A stretch of 32,000 nucleotides of DNA from Candidatus Electrothrix sp. GW3-4. GTDB lineage: Bacteria; Desulfobacterota; Desulfobulbia; Desulfobulbales; Desulfobulbaceae. Of this stretch, positions 7,283 to 16,038 are shown one piece after another. Made by a program: the position numbers and the translations under genes. The DNA lies in assembly GCF_037902255.1 (NCBI RefSeq), contig NZ_CP147990.1, positions 1,350,001 to 1,382,000 on the forward strand, in the 5' to 3' direction. Numbering within the stretch: the stretch's first letter is position 1; the number at the start of each line of letters is the position of its first letter. The notes below the pieces were generated by a model that had not been told where the DNA came from, ran no database searches, and was given only the letters and a program-made list of their open reading frames with translations.

Positions 7283-8986
7283 ATGAGCAAAATTACAGGT
7301 GCACAAGCCTTCGTAAAATGTCTGCAGGAAGAAGGGGTTGATACCATTTTCGGTTTTCCTGGCGGCGTAATCATTGACCTGTATGATGAATTGGCAAACT
7401 CTTCGATCAAGAATCTGCTGGTTCGCCATGAACAGGGAGCTGTCCACGCAGCAGACGGTTATGCCAGAGCCAGCGGAAAAACCGGTGTCGCTCTGCTTAC
7501 CTCCGGCCCCGGAGCCACCAACGGCGTGACCGGCATTGCCACCGCCTATATGGACTCCATACCTGTTGTCGTCTTTACCGGTCAGGTGCCCAGGGCATTG
7601 ATTGGTAACGACGCTTTCCAGGAGGTTGACATTGTCGGAATTACTCGTCCCTGTACTAAGCATAACTATTTGGTCAGTAATACAGAAGACCTTGTTCCGA
7701 CGATTCGGGAGGCATTTTACCTGGCTGCCTCAGGTCGACCTGGTCCGGTTTTGGTTGATCTTCCTAAAGATATTATTGGAGCACTGGTTGATTTCCCTGA
7801 GCGAGAAGAGATTCGTATGCGAACCTATCAGCCGCATGTTGAGCCCCATCCCGGCCAGATTGCCAAGGCCTGTCAAGCCATTGTCGAGGCTGAGCGTCCG
7901 GTTCTGTACGTAGGTGGTGGTGTTATTCTCTCCAATTCAAGCGATGAACTGACTGAGCTGGCCGAGAAAACCCAGATCCCGGTGACTATGACCCTGATGG
8001 GACTGGGCGGCTTTCCTGGAACAAATCCGCTCTCTATGGGCATGCTGGGCATGCATGGCTCTTATGCCTCCAACATGATGGTTGCCAAGAGTGACCTGCT
8101 GATCGCGGTGGGAGCCCGTTTTGATGATCGTATCACCGGGCGGCTGGATAAGTTTGCTCCAGATGCCAAAATTATCCATATTGATATTGATCCGACCTCT
8201 ATTTCAAAGAATGTTGTGGTTGATATCCCCATTGTTGCTGATTGCAAGCATGCGCTGACAGCAATGAATGCGTGGTTTAACCACCAGAAGGAATGTGATA
8301 TGAGCACCTTGGCTGAAAAATATCAGCCATGGCGAAACCAGGTTAATGAGTGGAATGAGAAACATCCGCTTGCCTATACTGATGAGGGCGAGATCATCAA
8401 ACCCCAGTATGTTATTGAGACCATTAACCGCCTGACCAAGGGGGATGCTATCATCTCCACCGAGGTGGGACAGAACCAGATGTGGGCTGCACAGTTCTAT
8501 AAGTTCAATAAACCGCGCCATCTGCTCAGTTCTGGTGGGCTCGGCACCATGGGCTTTGGCCTGCCTGCCGCCATTGGGGCCAAAATGGCCTTCCCGGATG
8601 CCACGGTTATTGATGTTGCCGGTGATGGTTCCATTCAGATGAATATCCAGGAATTGGCCACAGCTAAGCAGTATAATACCCCGGTAAAAATCGCCATCCT
8701 GAATAATAACTATCTTGGTATGGTCCGGCAGTGGCAGGAATTGTTCTATGATAAGCGCTATGCAGGCACCCCGATGGAGGTAACGCCTGATTTTGTTGAG
8801 TTGGCAAAGGCCTATGGAGCGGTTGGCCTGCGGGCCAAGACCAAGAGTGAGGTTGAGCCGGTCATCAAAGAGGCCCTGGCGATTAACGACAAGGTCGTGA
8901 TCATGGATTTTGCCATTAAGCGTGAAGAGTGTGTTTTTCCTATGGTTCCGGCTGGTGGTGCCACGACGGAAATGCTGCTCGTCTGA
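7283..8986 (+). CDS. ilvB: Acetolactate synthase (acetohydroxyacid synthase) large catalytic subunit, ThDP/FAD-dependent
   Basis: 567 aa. 'GFPGG', 'RHEQGAVHAADGYARASGKTGV', 'TSGPGATN', and the ThDP motif 'GGLGTMGFGLPAAIGA...GDGSIQMNIQELAT...NN'. Confidence 0.95.
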   Translation: MSKITGAQAFVKCLQEEGVDTIFGFPGGVIIDLYDELANSSIKNLLVRHEQGAVHAADGYARASGKTGVALLTSGPGATNGVTGIATAYMDSIPVVVFTGQVPRALIGNDAFQEVDIVGITRPCTKHNYLVSNTEDLVPTIREAFYLAASGRPGPVLVDLPKDIIGALVDFPEREEIRMRTYQPHVEPHPGQIAKACQAIVEAERPVLYVGGGVILSNSSDELTELAEKTQIPVTMTLMGLGGFPGTNPLSMGMLGMHGSYASNMMVAKSDLLIAVGARFDDRITGRLDKFAPDAKIIHIDIDPTSISKNVVVDIPIVADCKHALTAMNAWFNHQKECDMSTLAEKYQPWRNQVNEWNEKHPLAYTDEGEIIKPQYVIETINRLTKGDAIISTEVGQNQMWAAQFYKFNKPRHLLSSGGLGTMGFGLPAAIGAKMAFPDATVIDVAGDGSIQMNIQELATAKQYNTPVKIAILNNNYLGMVRQWQELFYDKRYAGTPMEVTPDFVELAKAYGAVGLRAKTKSEVEPVIKEALAINDKVVIMDFAIKREECVFPMVPAGGATTEMLLV

Positions 8987-9080
8987 TATCAAACTAACTG
9001 CTTTCTTTCAGGGGCCTAGAGGGTACGAAGAGTACATTCGCATCTCTAGGTTCTGGAAAATTTCGAACAGGATCAAACCA

Positions 9081-9563
9081 ATGAAACATACTCTTTCCGT
9101 TTTACTCCAGAATAAACCCGGTGCGCTTTCCCGAGTTACAGGCCTTTTCAGCGGTCGGGGTTTTAATATTGAAAGCCTTTGCGTGGCAGAAACCTTTGAT
9201 CCCAAGGTCTCCTGTCTGACCTTGGTTACCCGGGGCAATGACGCTATTATTGAGCAGATCACCAAGCAACTCCATAAGCTGATTGACGTTATCAAGGTGT
9301 CAGACATCAGCGAAGGTGAGTATGTTGAGCGTGAAATGGTGCTTATCCGAGTGAAGGCCGAGGCCCAGACCAGAGCTGAGGTCCTGCGGGTGATTGATAT
9401 CTTCCGCGGTAAGGTCGTTGATGTCAGCCCGACCTCCTATGCTGTGGAGATTACCGGCCCGGAATCAAAGATCAAGGCGGTGATTGATCTCCTCCGTCCC
9501 ATCGGTATTAAAGAGGTTATTCGGACAGGAACCATTGCTATGGTCCGTGCTCCGAAAAAATAA
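9081..9563 (+). CDS. ilvN: Acetolactate synthase small regulatory (ACT-domain) subunit
   Basis: The start is moved to ATG 9081 ('MKHTLSVLLQNKPGALSRVTGLFSGRGFNIESL', a typical IlvN/IlvH N-terminus). The track's 8910 start overlaps ilvB. Confidence 0.9.
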   Translation: MKHTLSVLLQNKPGALSRVTGLFSGRGFNIESLCVAETFDPKVSCLTLVTRGNDAIIEQITKQLHKLIDVIKVSDISEGEYVEREMVLIRVKAEAQTRAEVLRVIDIFRGKVVDVSPTSYAVEITGPESKIKAVIDLLRPIGIKEVIRTGTIAMVRAPKK

Positions 9564-9600
9564 TTTTGTGCTGCCCCTGATTGCCAGGGGACCGCTTGCT

Positions 9601-9640
9601 ATGAGGCATGATGCAGCGATGCATTTGCCTCATTTTTTTT
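9601..9640 (+). terminator. Rho-independent terminator of ilvBN
   Basis: Stem ATGAGGCA (9601-9608) / TGCCTCAT (9626-9633) with an inner ATGCA/TGCAT helix, followed by a T8 run to 9640. Confidence 0.8.
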
Positions 9641-9848
9641 GCTGACAAACCGAGGCGTCACCAGTAGAATAATCCAATATAACTTCCATCCCTCCTCTGG
9701 GGAGGGACAACAAAACATGAAAGAAGGAAAGCTTGGTCGGCTTCACCGACCTCTTTCATATAAAATCTTTGCAGTTTAACTTGCCTTCATACGTCGTTTT
9801 GACGATCATTACCCGCTAGGCATATCAAGACCTGAATCCAAGATTCGA

Positions 9849-10490
9849 ATGAAAAAACCTGAAATTCCTATTGCCCGGGAAGGGCTCCCGTTTATCCTCT
9901 TCTGTGCCTTTGCAACCTTAATTTGTGCTGTTTTGGGGTACAGCATTGCTGCCCTGCTCGGCCTGCTGGTAACGTTTTTTGTGACCTGGTTCTTCCGTGA
10001 TCCCTTCCGCATTCTTCCTGTTGATAAAAAGGCTATTATATGCCCGGCAGATGGTAAGGTTATTGCGGTGAGGGAAATGTTTGATGAGCGTTTTTTGCAG
10101 CAGGATGTTGTGAGGATTTCCATCTTTATGAATGTATTTAATGTACATGTCAATCGGGTCCCTTTCTCAGGGACGGTCGAGCGTGTATTGTTTAAACCAG
10201 GCATGTTTTATGCTGCTGATAAACATCAGGCTGCCCTGCATAACGAATATTGTGCCATGATTGTCACCACAGCGTCTCAGCAACGGTATGCTGCTGTCCA
10301 GATTGCCGGACTCATCGCCCGTCGCATTGTCTGTTGGGCTGAACCCGGCGGTCGCATTGAGGGGGGACAGCGATATGGTCTGATCCGCTTTGGTTCTCGG
10401 GTTGATCTTTATCTGCCCAAGGGAACAGAGGTGACTGTTCGCGAGGGGAGTAAGGTCCGGGCCGGTGAGACCGTGCTGGGGCGGATGTAA
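9849..10490 (+). CDS. psd: Phosphatidylserine decarboxylase family protein, short form (proenzyme)
   Basis: 213 aa. N-terminal TM helices. Self-cleavage region 'GLIRFGSRVDLYLP' (G-S). 'ICPADGKV' and 'IFMNVFNVHVNRVP' are typical of the family. Confidence 0.85.
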   Translation: MKKPEIPIAREGLPFILFCAFATLICAVLGYSIAALLGLLVTFFVTWFFRDPFRILPVDKKAIICPADGKVIAVREMFDERFLQQDVVRISIFMNVFNVHVNRVPFSGTVERVLFKPGMFYAADKHQAALHNEYCAMIVTTASQQRYAAVQIAGLIARRIVCWAEPGGRIEGGQRYGLIRFGSRVDLYLPKGTEVTVREGSKVRAGETVLGRM

Positions 10491-10520
10491 GCGGATAATC
10501 GAAAATAATCGAAACCAGGA

Positions 10521-10895
10521 ATGATTCAAGGAAAGAGGGGAGACGGAATGGACGAGCGCGAGGAGAATGGTTTGTCAGGGGCCTTTATCAATTCCCTAAA
10601 GCGAAATAATAGGGAGATTCGAGATGACCGGGCAACGGCAATTGCCGAAGATACTGAGCTGGTCTATAAACGCAAAATAGAAGACCTTGAGATCAGTATA
10701 AAGAAGATGCAGCGGGAACAGGAGTACATGCTTGATCTGTCTCCGACCTCAAGCCAGAGTCTGATCCTGGCCAGTGATTTTAACTGCGAGGACTATGTGG
10801 CTAAGGATATTGATCTGGGCATCAAGATTCGGAATACCGAGATAACGCTTGAGATCGCGCGCCAGCGTTATGAATATCTGTTTGGAGGGAAGTAG
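10521..10895 (+). CDS. Hypothetical charged, predicted coiled-coil protein
   Basis: 124 aa with no signal peptide or TM. An alternative start at ATG 10548 has a better SD (GAGGGGAG). The stop lies 3 nt before the vWA gene. Confidence 0.5.
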   Translation: MIQGKRGDGMDEREENGLSGAFINSLKRNNREIRDDRATAIAEDTELVYKRKIEDLEISIKKMQREQEYMLDLSPTSSQSLILASDFNCEDYVAKDIDLGIKIRNTEITLEIARQRYEYLFGGK

Positions 10896-10897
10896 GT

Positions 10898-11761
10898 ATG
10901 GGAATGGGGAGTTACTCGCTCGAACAGCGAGCCGCACGGTCTAAGGAGAAGGGATACACCTCGCGTTCTGTTCGGGAGATCTTTTCCCAACGTGAAATCA
11001 ATCGGGCTATGAATCCAGACGGGGTCAAGCTGCGCGAGTCCAGAGATTCAGAGGAGCATCCGGAATCCGTGGCTATTATCCTGGGCCTGGATGTAACCGG
11101 TTCAATGGGGTCTATTCCCCATCATTTGGTCCGGGAGGGGTTGCCGAAAATTATGGGCAGAATTATTCAAAGCGGCACCAAAGACCCGCAGCTCATGTTT
11201 CTTGCCCTTGGTGACCATGAGTACGATCGTAGCCCCTTGCAGGTCGGGCAGTTTGAGTCCAGTGATGAACTGCTGGATAAATGGTTGACCCATGTCTATC
11301 TTGAAGGGGGGGGAGGGGGCAATACCGGTGAAAGCTACCTGTTGGCCTGGTATTTTGCTGCCTTTTACACCTCAATCGACTGCTTGGAAAAGAGAAAGAA
11401 AAAGGGTTTTCTTTTTACCATCGGCGATGAGCCGACCCTGCCTGATATTGCGGCCAATGACCTCAGGCAGATTATGGGAGAAGGGCAGTATGAATCATTC
11501 CACGCAACCACCTTGCTTGATAAGGCCAGAGAGCACTATCATGTCTATCATCTGCACATTAAGCAGACCTATGCTGGCAGCATGCAGGAAACCATGGACG
11601 GCTGGAAGCAGCTTCTTGGTGATCATCTGATTATTCTGGAACATCATGAAGAGGTCTCCACAGTTATTCCGGAAATTATTGCTGATGTTACCCATGGAAA
11701 GGGGCCGGATCAGGATAAGGGAGAAGGCCCCTTCACGCCAAAGACTGAGATTATTCTTTGA
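10898..11761 (+). CDS. Cytoplasmic von Willebrand factor A (vWA) domain protein with a complete MIDAS motif
   Basis: 287 aa. MIDAS residues in 'LGLDVTGSMGS', 'GGGGGNTGESY' and 'FTIGDEP'. SD GGAGGGA upstream. No signal peptide. Confidence 0.75.
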   Translation: MGMGSYSLEQRAARSKEKGYTSRSVREIFSQREINRAMNPDGVKLRESRDSEEHPESVAIILGLDVTGSMGSIPHHLVREGLPKIMGRIIQSGTKDPQLMFLALGDHEYDRSPLQVGQFESSDELLDKWLTHVYLEGGGGGNTGESYLLAWYFAAFYTSIDCLEKRKKKGFLFTIGDEPTLPDIAANDLRQIMGEGQYESFHATTLLDKAREHYHVYHLHIKQTYAGSMQETMDGWKQLLGDHLIILEHHEEVSTVIPEIIADVTHGKGPDQDKGEGPFTPKTEIIL

Positions 11762-11933
11762 GCAGGGAGCATTACAAGAGTTTGATCCCAAAGGGGACAG
11801 ATTTATTTTCCTTTTATCAAGGTACTCAGTTTTCCGTCAAATGCTAATTGAAAGTCGAGTAGACCGGTTTCTCCAAACAGCCCAATAAAAGGTCTCAGAC
11901 TACGCCCCGCCACACGCGGCTCCTACGTATCGT

Positions 11934-12770
11934 GTGAGATCACTTGAATGTGCTGTCTCGTTGGCCCCGGCCCCTCTCAGAACCGTACTTGCGCTATTTA
12001 CGCACACGGCTCCTCACATAGTCAATTCACGGTGTCCCGAACATACTGACCCTAATCCGTGGTTTCGGAAGAGGAAATCGCTTCAGTATTTTATTGAACT
12101 TTTCCCAATTCATATCCTTGGTCATTTTGTCGATGCCAGCAGCTGCATCGTTCTGCAGTCGCTGAAAGCATCCCCGTAAAAGCTTCTCGTTCATAAGGTG
12201 ATACAGACTGGTGAACTTGAATCCCGGCTCGTTACGGGCCTTTTCCGCTATGCGATGCAATTTCGTTGTCACCGGTTCTCCGCTTCCGAGAACGGCCGAT
12301 GTTTCTTCACACCGCGCTACCATGTGCAGTCTCCTTTCCTCCGGCAGCATTACCCGCCTTCATCGGTACTATGAGGCTGTCCGACTCCCTACGTCTCATT
12401 TGCCTTCCTCCCTCTTCAGTTGTCCGGCATACTCCCTTACTTAGAGAGAAATGCAGGGCCTCCCGGGTTGCCGTGTAATCACAATGTCAGACATGGCATG
12501 GTCTCTGACCCCGAGGAAGCAAACATCGCCTTGCCAAGTAACGGCGGTGCTTGTGTTGACTTCCACTTTTATTACAGTGTCGTCCTTCCCAGCGCGACAA
12601 TTACGGGGTTCAAGCCCTTCAACCTCTGGCTTACGGCCTATCTGCTCGCTATCTTACGCTTAAAACTTTATGTTACCATAGAGCCTCCAAAGACTTGCTA
12701 CCCGGTGGCTGGCCAACCTTCCGGGACGGGCTTTATACCCGCTTGATTACACGACCTTGCCCGGCCGCAC
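11934..12770 (-). mobile_element. Group II intron with a decayed intron-encoded protein (about 840 nt; the 3' boundary is approximate)
   Basis: The minus strand begins GTGCGGCCGGG at 12770. Domain V, GAGCCGTGTGCGTAAATAGCGCAAGTACGGTTC, lies at plus 11980-12012. It is followed by a 46-nt domain VI-like helix with a bulged A 7 nt from a ...TCTCAC end (about 11934). An RT-remnant ORF sits in domain IV. Confidence 0.8.
12027..12350 (-). pseudogene. Remnant of a group II intron reverse transcriptase/maturase (frameshifted and internally deleted)
   Basis: 'TKLHRIAEKARNEPGFKFTSLYHLMNEKLLRGCFQRLQNDAAAGIDKMT' matches the RT N-terminus (domain 0/1). It is fused directly to a C-terminal-tail-like 'WEKFNKILKRFPLPKPRI'. 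The expected N-terminus 'SDSLIVPMKAGNAAGGKE' lies upstream in another frame and ends in a stop. Confidence 0.75.
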
Positions 12771-13148
12771 AATAAGTCTGTCCCTTTTTTTCATCTCGGG
12801 AAAATTGCCCGACCCGGCAGGTTGATTCGGGCAAGATCCATCAAGAAACACCCTTTCTTGCCAGCTGTATCATATTGAATCAAGGTGTCTATCTCTCAAC
12901 CTTTCCACCTTTCCCTCCTCCTATCTTTGCCCGTTCATCCCCTGCCCACCAGGAAAATCCCCAGAAAAATGAGACCGTCACCTTATTGTTCAGGCATATA
13001 TCTGTCTGGTACTCTGCCGCATCATAAACTTTGTACACAGGAGTACAAGATTTTGATAGGAGGGGCCGGTTCTGGATGGATACCGGAACAAAGGAAATTT
13101 CAGAATGTTCTGTTTGCAGATGCGCAAAGAAGAAGGAGAACACGAAGT

Positions 13149-15110
13149 ATGAAGAAACGCATGATGCCAACCACAGCTCTTGCTGTCTTGCTTGCAGGAA
13201 CTGCTTATGCCCAGGAGCAGGAGCAAAACAAAACCAAGGCCCATGCCCTGGATGAGGTGGTGGTCACCGCTACCCGTACCCCACACACCCTCAAGGATGT
13301 GCCGGTGGAGACCGTGGTGGTCAGTCGGCAGGAGATAGAACAAAGCAATGCCCAGAATGCCCTGGATGTGCTCAAGACTGTACCGGGTATCAATAACTCG
13401 GTTCACGATGATGTGTTCGGCACCTATACCTGGCGAGCCAATATGCATGGCCTCAACTTCAATGACGGCTACGGCCTGATCCTCATTGATGGGCAGCGGG
13501 CTATGGGCTGTGGTCAGAGTGGTGGCATGGGCGAGTACGGTATCGGCCTTAACCAGTTGCCTGTGGATATGATCGAGCGGATTGAGGTCGTAAAAGGGCC
13601 GAGCTCAGCCCTGTACGGCAGCGATGCTATGGCCGGGGTGATCAACATCATCACCCGCAGGACCCCGCAGCAGATGACGGCCCGAGCAGGAGCCTCATAC
13701 GGCTGGTATACCATCAAGGAAAAGGTCAACTCTGACGGGACAACCTCCCCGGCCTCAGACGATGGTGATTACCGCAATACTTCCCAGGCCTATTTCTCTT
13801 TTGGCGACAAACCCTCTGAGCGTCTGGGCTATCTGCTGAATTATAATTACGAATCGGCTCAGGACGCACGGGACACCCCCATTGACTCGGATCGGCATTC
13901 CCTGATGGCTAAGATCGATCTGGCGGCCAGCGACAGCGTGGACCTCTTTCTCAAGGGTGAGGCCAGTTCCTATGAAAAGGAGGATAATCGGGAGGAAGAC
14001 AGCCTGCGCCTCTCTCCAGGTATGGAGTGGCGGCTGGGCGAGGATAAGATCCTCTTTGTCAAAGGCTATGTCTACAATTGGGATTTCACCCACGGCTCAC
14101 CGGGTTATGCTCATGGCTATAAGTACGGAGATATCGGCTATACTCAGGGCGAAGTACAATATACCTGGTACACCAATGACAGCAATACCCTGACCTTTGG
14201 TGGCGAGTTGCAGCGTCAGGCAATCGACTATACTATTGAGAACCCTACGGGTTCGGTTATTCGGGTGGATGAGGAAGTGGACACGGCCAGCCTCTATGCT
14301 CAGGATGAGATTGTCCTGGGTGAGGCCCTGACCGTAGTAGGCGGTCTCCGCTTTGATGATCACTCAGTCTTTGACTCGGAGATCAATCCTAAGCTGAGCC
14401 TGATGTACACTTTGTCCGAGGGCATCACTCTGCGTGCCTCTGCTGGCCGCTCCTTTAAATCCCCAACCATTCGCCAGCTCTACTATAATATCCCGTATCA
14501 GCACGGCGACTACTATGTCCAGTCCAACCGGGATCTCCAGCCAGAGCTGGGGGTGGGCTACTCCGCAGGCATCGAGCAATGGCTTGCGGATGATCAGCTG
14601 ATGCTTTCTGCCAGCCTATTCCGTAACGAAGTGGAGGATATGGTGATCCAGGAGGAAACCGGTGCGCTCTATGACGCTCTACCCCTGCGCAGTTATTATA
14701 ACGTGGATGAGGCCACCACCCAGGGGCTGGAGCTGTCTGCCCGGCTCAATCTGGACGATTTTTCCTTCAACTGCTCCTACACCTACACAGATTCAGAGAA
14801 TAACGAGAGCGGCCTGAACCTCCCCTATGTGCCGGAGCACAGCCTTGCCCTGATCCCGTCCTATACCTACAGCCCCTATGGTCTGATTTTTAGTGGGGTT
14901 CTCAGCTATACCGGCAAGCAGTATACAGACAGCGGCAATACCTCAGAGATCGGGGAGCATACGGTTGTTGATGCCAGGATAGCGAAACAGCTGGGCAAGC
15001 GCACCACCCTGAGCTTTGAGGCAGATAATATCTTTGATTCCGACAAGGGGGATGATGGCAACTACCGTACTGGCCGAGCCTTCCTGGCCAAGCTGGATTA
15101 CTCCTTTTAA
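13149..15110 (+). CDS. TonB-dependent outer-membrane receptor (copy 1)
   Basis: The start is moved to ATG 13149 (SD AAGGAG 10 nt upstream). Signal peptide 'MKKRMMPTTALAVLLAGTAYA|QEQ', TonB box/plug 'LDEVVVTATRTP', 'VEVVKGPSSALYGSDAMAGVINIIT', and a C-terminal '...DYSF'. Confidence 0.9.
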   Translation: MKKRMMPTTALAVLLAGTAYAQEQEQNKTKAHALDEVVVTATRTPHTLKDVPVETVVVSRQEIEQSNAQNALDVLKTVPGINNSVHDDVFGTYTWRANMHGLNFNDGYGLILIDGQRAMGCGQSGGMGEYGIGLNQLPVDMIERIEVVKGPSSALYGSDAMAGVINIITRRTPQQMTARAGASYGWYTIKEKVNSDGTTSPASDDGDYRNTSQAYFSFGDKPSERLGYLLNYNYESAQDARDTPIDSDRHSLMAKIDLAASDSVDLFLKGEASSYEKEDNREEDSLRLSPGMEWRLGEDKILFVKGYVYNWDFTHGSPGYAHGYKYGDIGYTQGEVQYTWYTNDSNTLTFGGELQRQAIDYTIENPTGSVIRVDEEVDTASLYAQDEIVLGEALTVVGGLRFDDHSVFDSEINPKLSLMYTLSEGITLRASAGRSFKSPTIRQLYYNIPYQHGDYYVQSNRDLQPELGVGYSAGIEQWLADDQLMLSASLFRNEVEDMVIQEETGALYDALPLRSYYNVDEATTQGLELSARLNLDDFSFNCSYTYTDSENNESGLNLPYVPEHSLALIPSYTYSPYGLIFSGVLSYTGKQYTDSGNTSEIGEHTVVDARIAKQLGKRTTLSFEADNIFDSDKGDDGNYRTGRAFLAKLDYSF

Positions 15111-15140
15111 ATTTTTGTCATCAATATATGGAGAACAAGA

Positions 15141-15914
15141 ATGCGTAAAGTTATTGCAGCAGGCGCACTGACCATCGGTTTGAGCGGCCTTTTCTCTTCC
15201 CAGGCTTTGGCCCATTATCCCTGGGTCAACGCGGACGGCTACTCTCTCCACACTGGAGTGTCGCCCAAGATCAATATCGGATACGGGCACGGCTACCCTC
15301 TGGGCAGTTTTCTGCAACAGGAGGATTTAGAGGGTGTTGTTCTGTTTGACCCGGCAGGTAAGGAACTCCCCTTGAAGGCAGCGAATGTCATTGAATATGA
15401 ATCCGAGGAAGCCTTGAGCGAACCCGGTGTTTATACCGTTGCCGCACAGCGCAAGGCTACTTTTTACACCAAGACCACGGACGGTTGGAAGAAACAAAGC
15501 AAAGAGGGGCTGGATAATGTTCTGAGATGCTCCCGCTCGCATAAAAGTGCGAAAGCACTGCTGGTTGTGGATGCTGAAGGAAGTGCGATAGAGAAAGGTG
15601 CTCTCGGGCATCCCCTGGAGATTATCCCCCAGATCAGTCCTGCCTCCCTGCGGGCCGGTGATTATTTCCCGGTGCAGCTGCTCCTGCGCGGTAAACCCTA
15701 TCAGGGCAAGCTCTTTGCTACCTATATGGGCTTTTCTACAGAAAAGGATGTCTTTGCCTATACAGCGAAGACCGATAAAGAAGGCATGGGGAAACTCCGT
15801 ATCCTTCAGCCCGGTGTCTGGCTGATTAAGGCGGAATACCAGGAACCCTACCCGGATCAGAAGGTCTGTGACGTGGAATCATTCTCTGCCACCCTGACCC
15901 TGGAAATACGATAG
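15141..15914 (+). CDS. DUF4198 / COG5266-type periplasmic protein (Ni/Co-uptake-associated family), copy 1
   Basis: 257 aa. Signal peptide ending 'SQALA|HYPW' and a beta-rich body. Paired with a TonB receptor, as is common for this family. Confidence 0.7.
   Translation: MRKVIAAGALTIGLSGLFSSQALAHYPWVNADGYSLHTGVSPKINIGYGHGYPLGSFLQQEDLEGVVLFDPAGKELPLKAANVIEYESEEALSEPGVYTVAAQRKATFYTKTTDGWKKQSKEGLDNVLRCSRSHKSAKALLVVDAEGSAIEKGALGHPLEIIPQISPASLRAGDYFPVQLLLRGKPYQGKLFATYMGFSTEKDVFAYTAKTDKEGMGKLRILQPGVWLIKAEYQEPYPDQKVCDVESFSATLTLEIR
15611..15914 (+). repeat. High-identity duplicated tract (3' end of DUF4198 copy 1), partner at 18691-18994
   Basis: Hand alignment at a constant offset of 3080 nt gives 273/304 identical positions, including a 51-nt identical run (15801-15851). 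The 5' halves of the genes are much more diverged. Confidence 0.85.
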
Positions 15915-15967
15915 ATGCGGTGAAGAATCACTTCGAGTGAACTCGGAGTCTGCAAGAAGCCATCTCC

Positions 15968-16009
15968 CTGCTCCCGATTGTGCTTGCATAGGTGTCGGGA
16001 GCAGTTTTT
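15968..16009 (+). terminator. Rho-independent terminator after DUF4198 copy 1
   Basis: Stem CTGCTCCCGA (15968-15977) / TCGGGAGCAG (15995-16004) followed by T5. A near-identical element follows copy 2. Confidence 0.8.
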
Positions 16010-16038
16010 CAGAGCGTTTAAACAGAAAGGAACAATTG

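Noticed and set aside
8204-8992. 262-aa minus-strand ORF inside ilvB
   Set aside because: It is antisense to the unambiguous acetolactate synthase gene.
8910-9080. Upstream in-frame extension of the ilvN ORF
   Set aside because: It overlaps the 3' end of ilvB. The conserved IlvN N-terminus ('MKHTLSVLLQNKPGAL') begins at 9081.
12885-13148. 88-codon N-terminal extension of the first TonB receptor ORF
   Set aside because: The extension has no signal-peptide character. A canonical signal peptide with a good SD begins at ATG 13149, so the upstream part is just open leader sequence.
12771-13148. Possible cobalamin or other riboswitch in the ~380-nt leader of the TonB receptor operon
   Set aside because: I looked for a B12 box (GCCACTG-like core) and for NikR/Fur-type palindromes. 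I found only short stems (CCGGT...ACCGG, TTGTAC...GTACAA, CAGAAtgTTCTG). No riboswitch call can be supported without a covariance-model scan.
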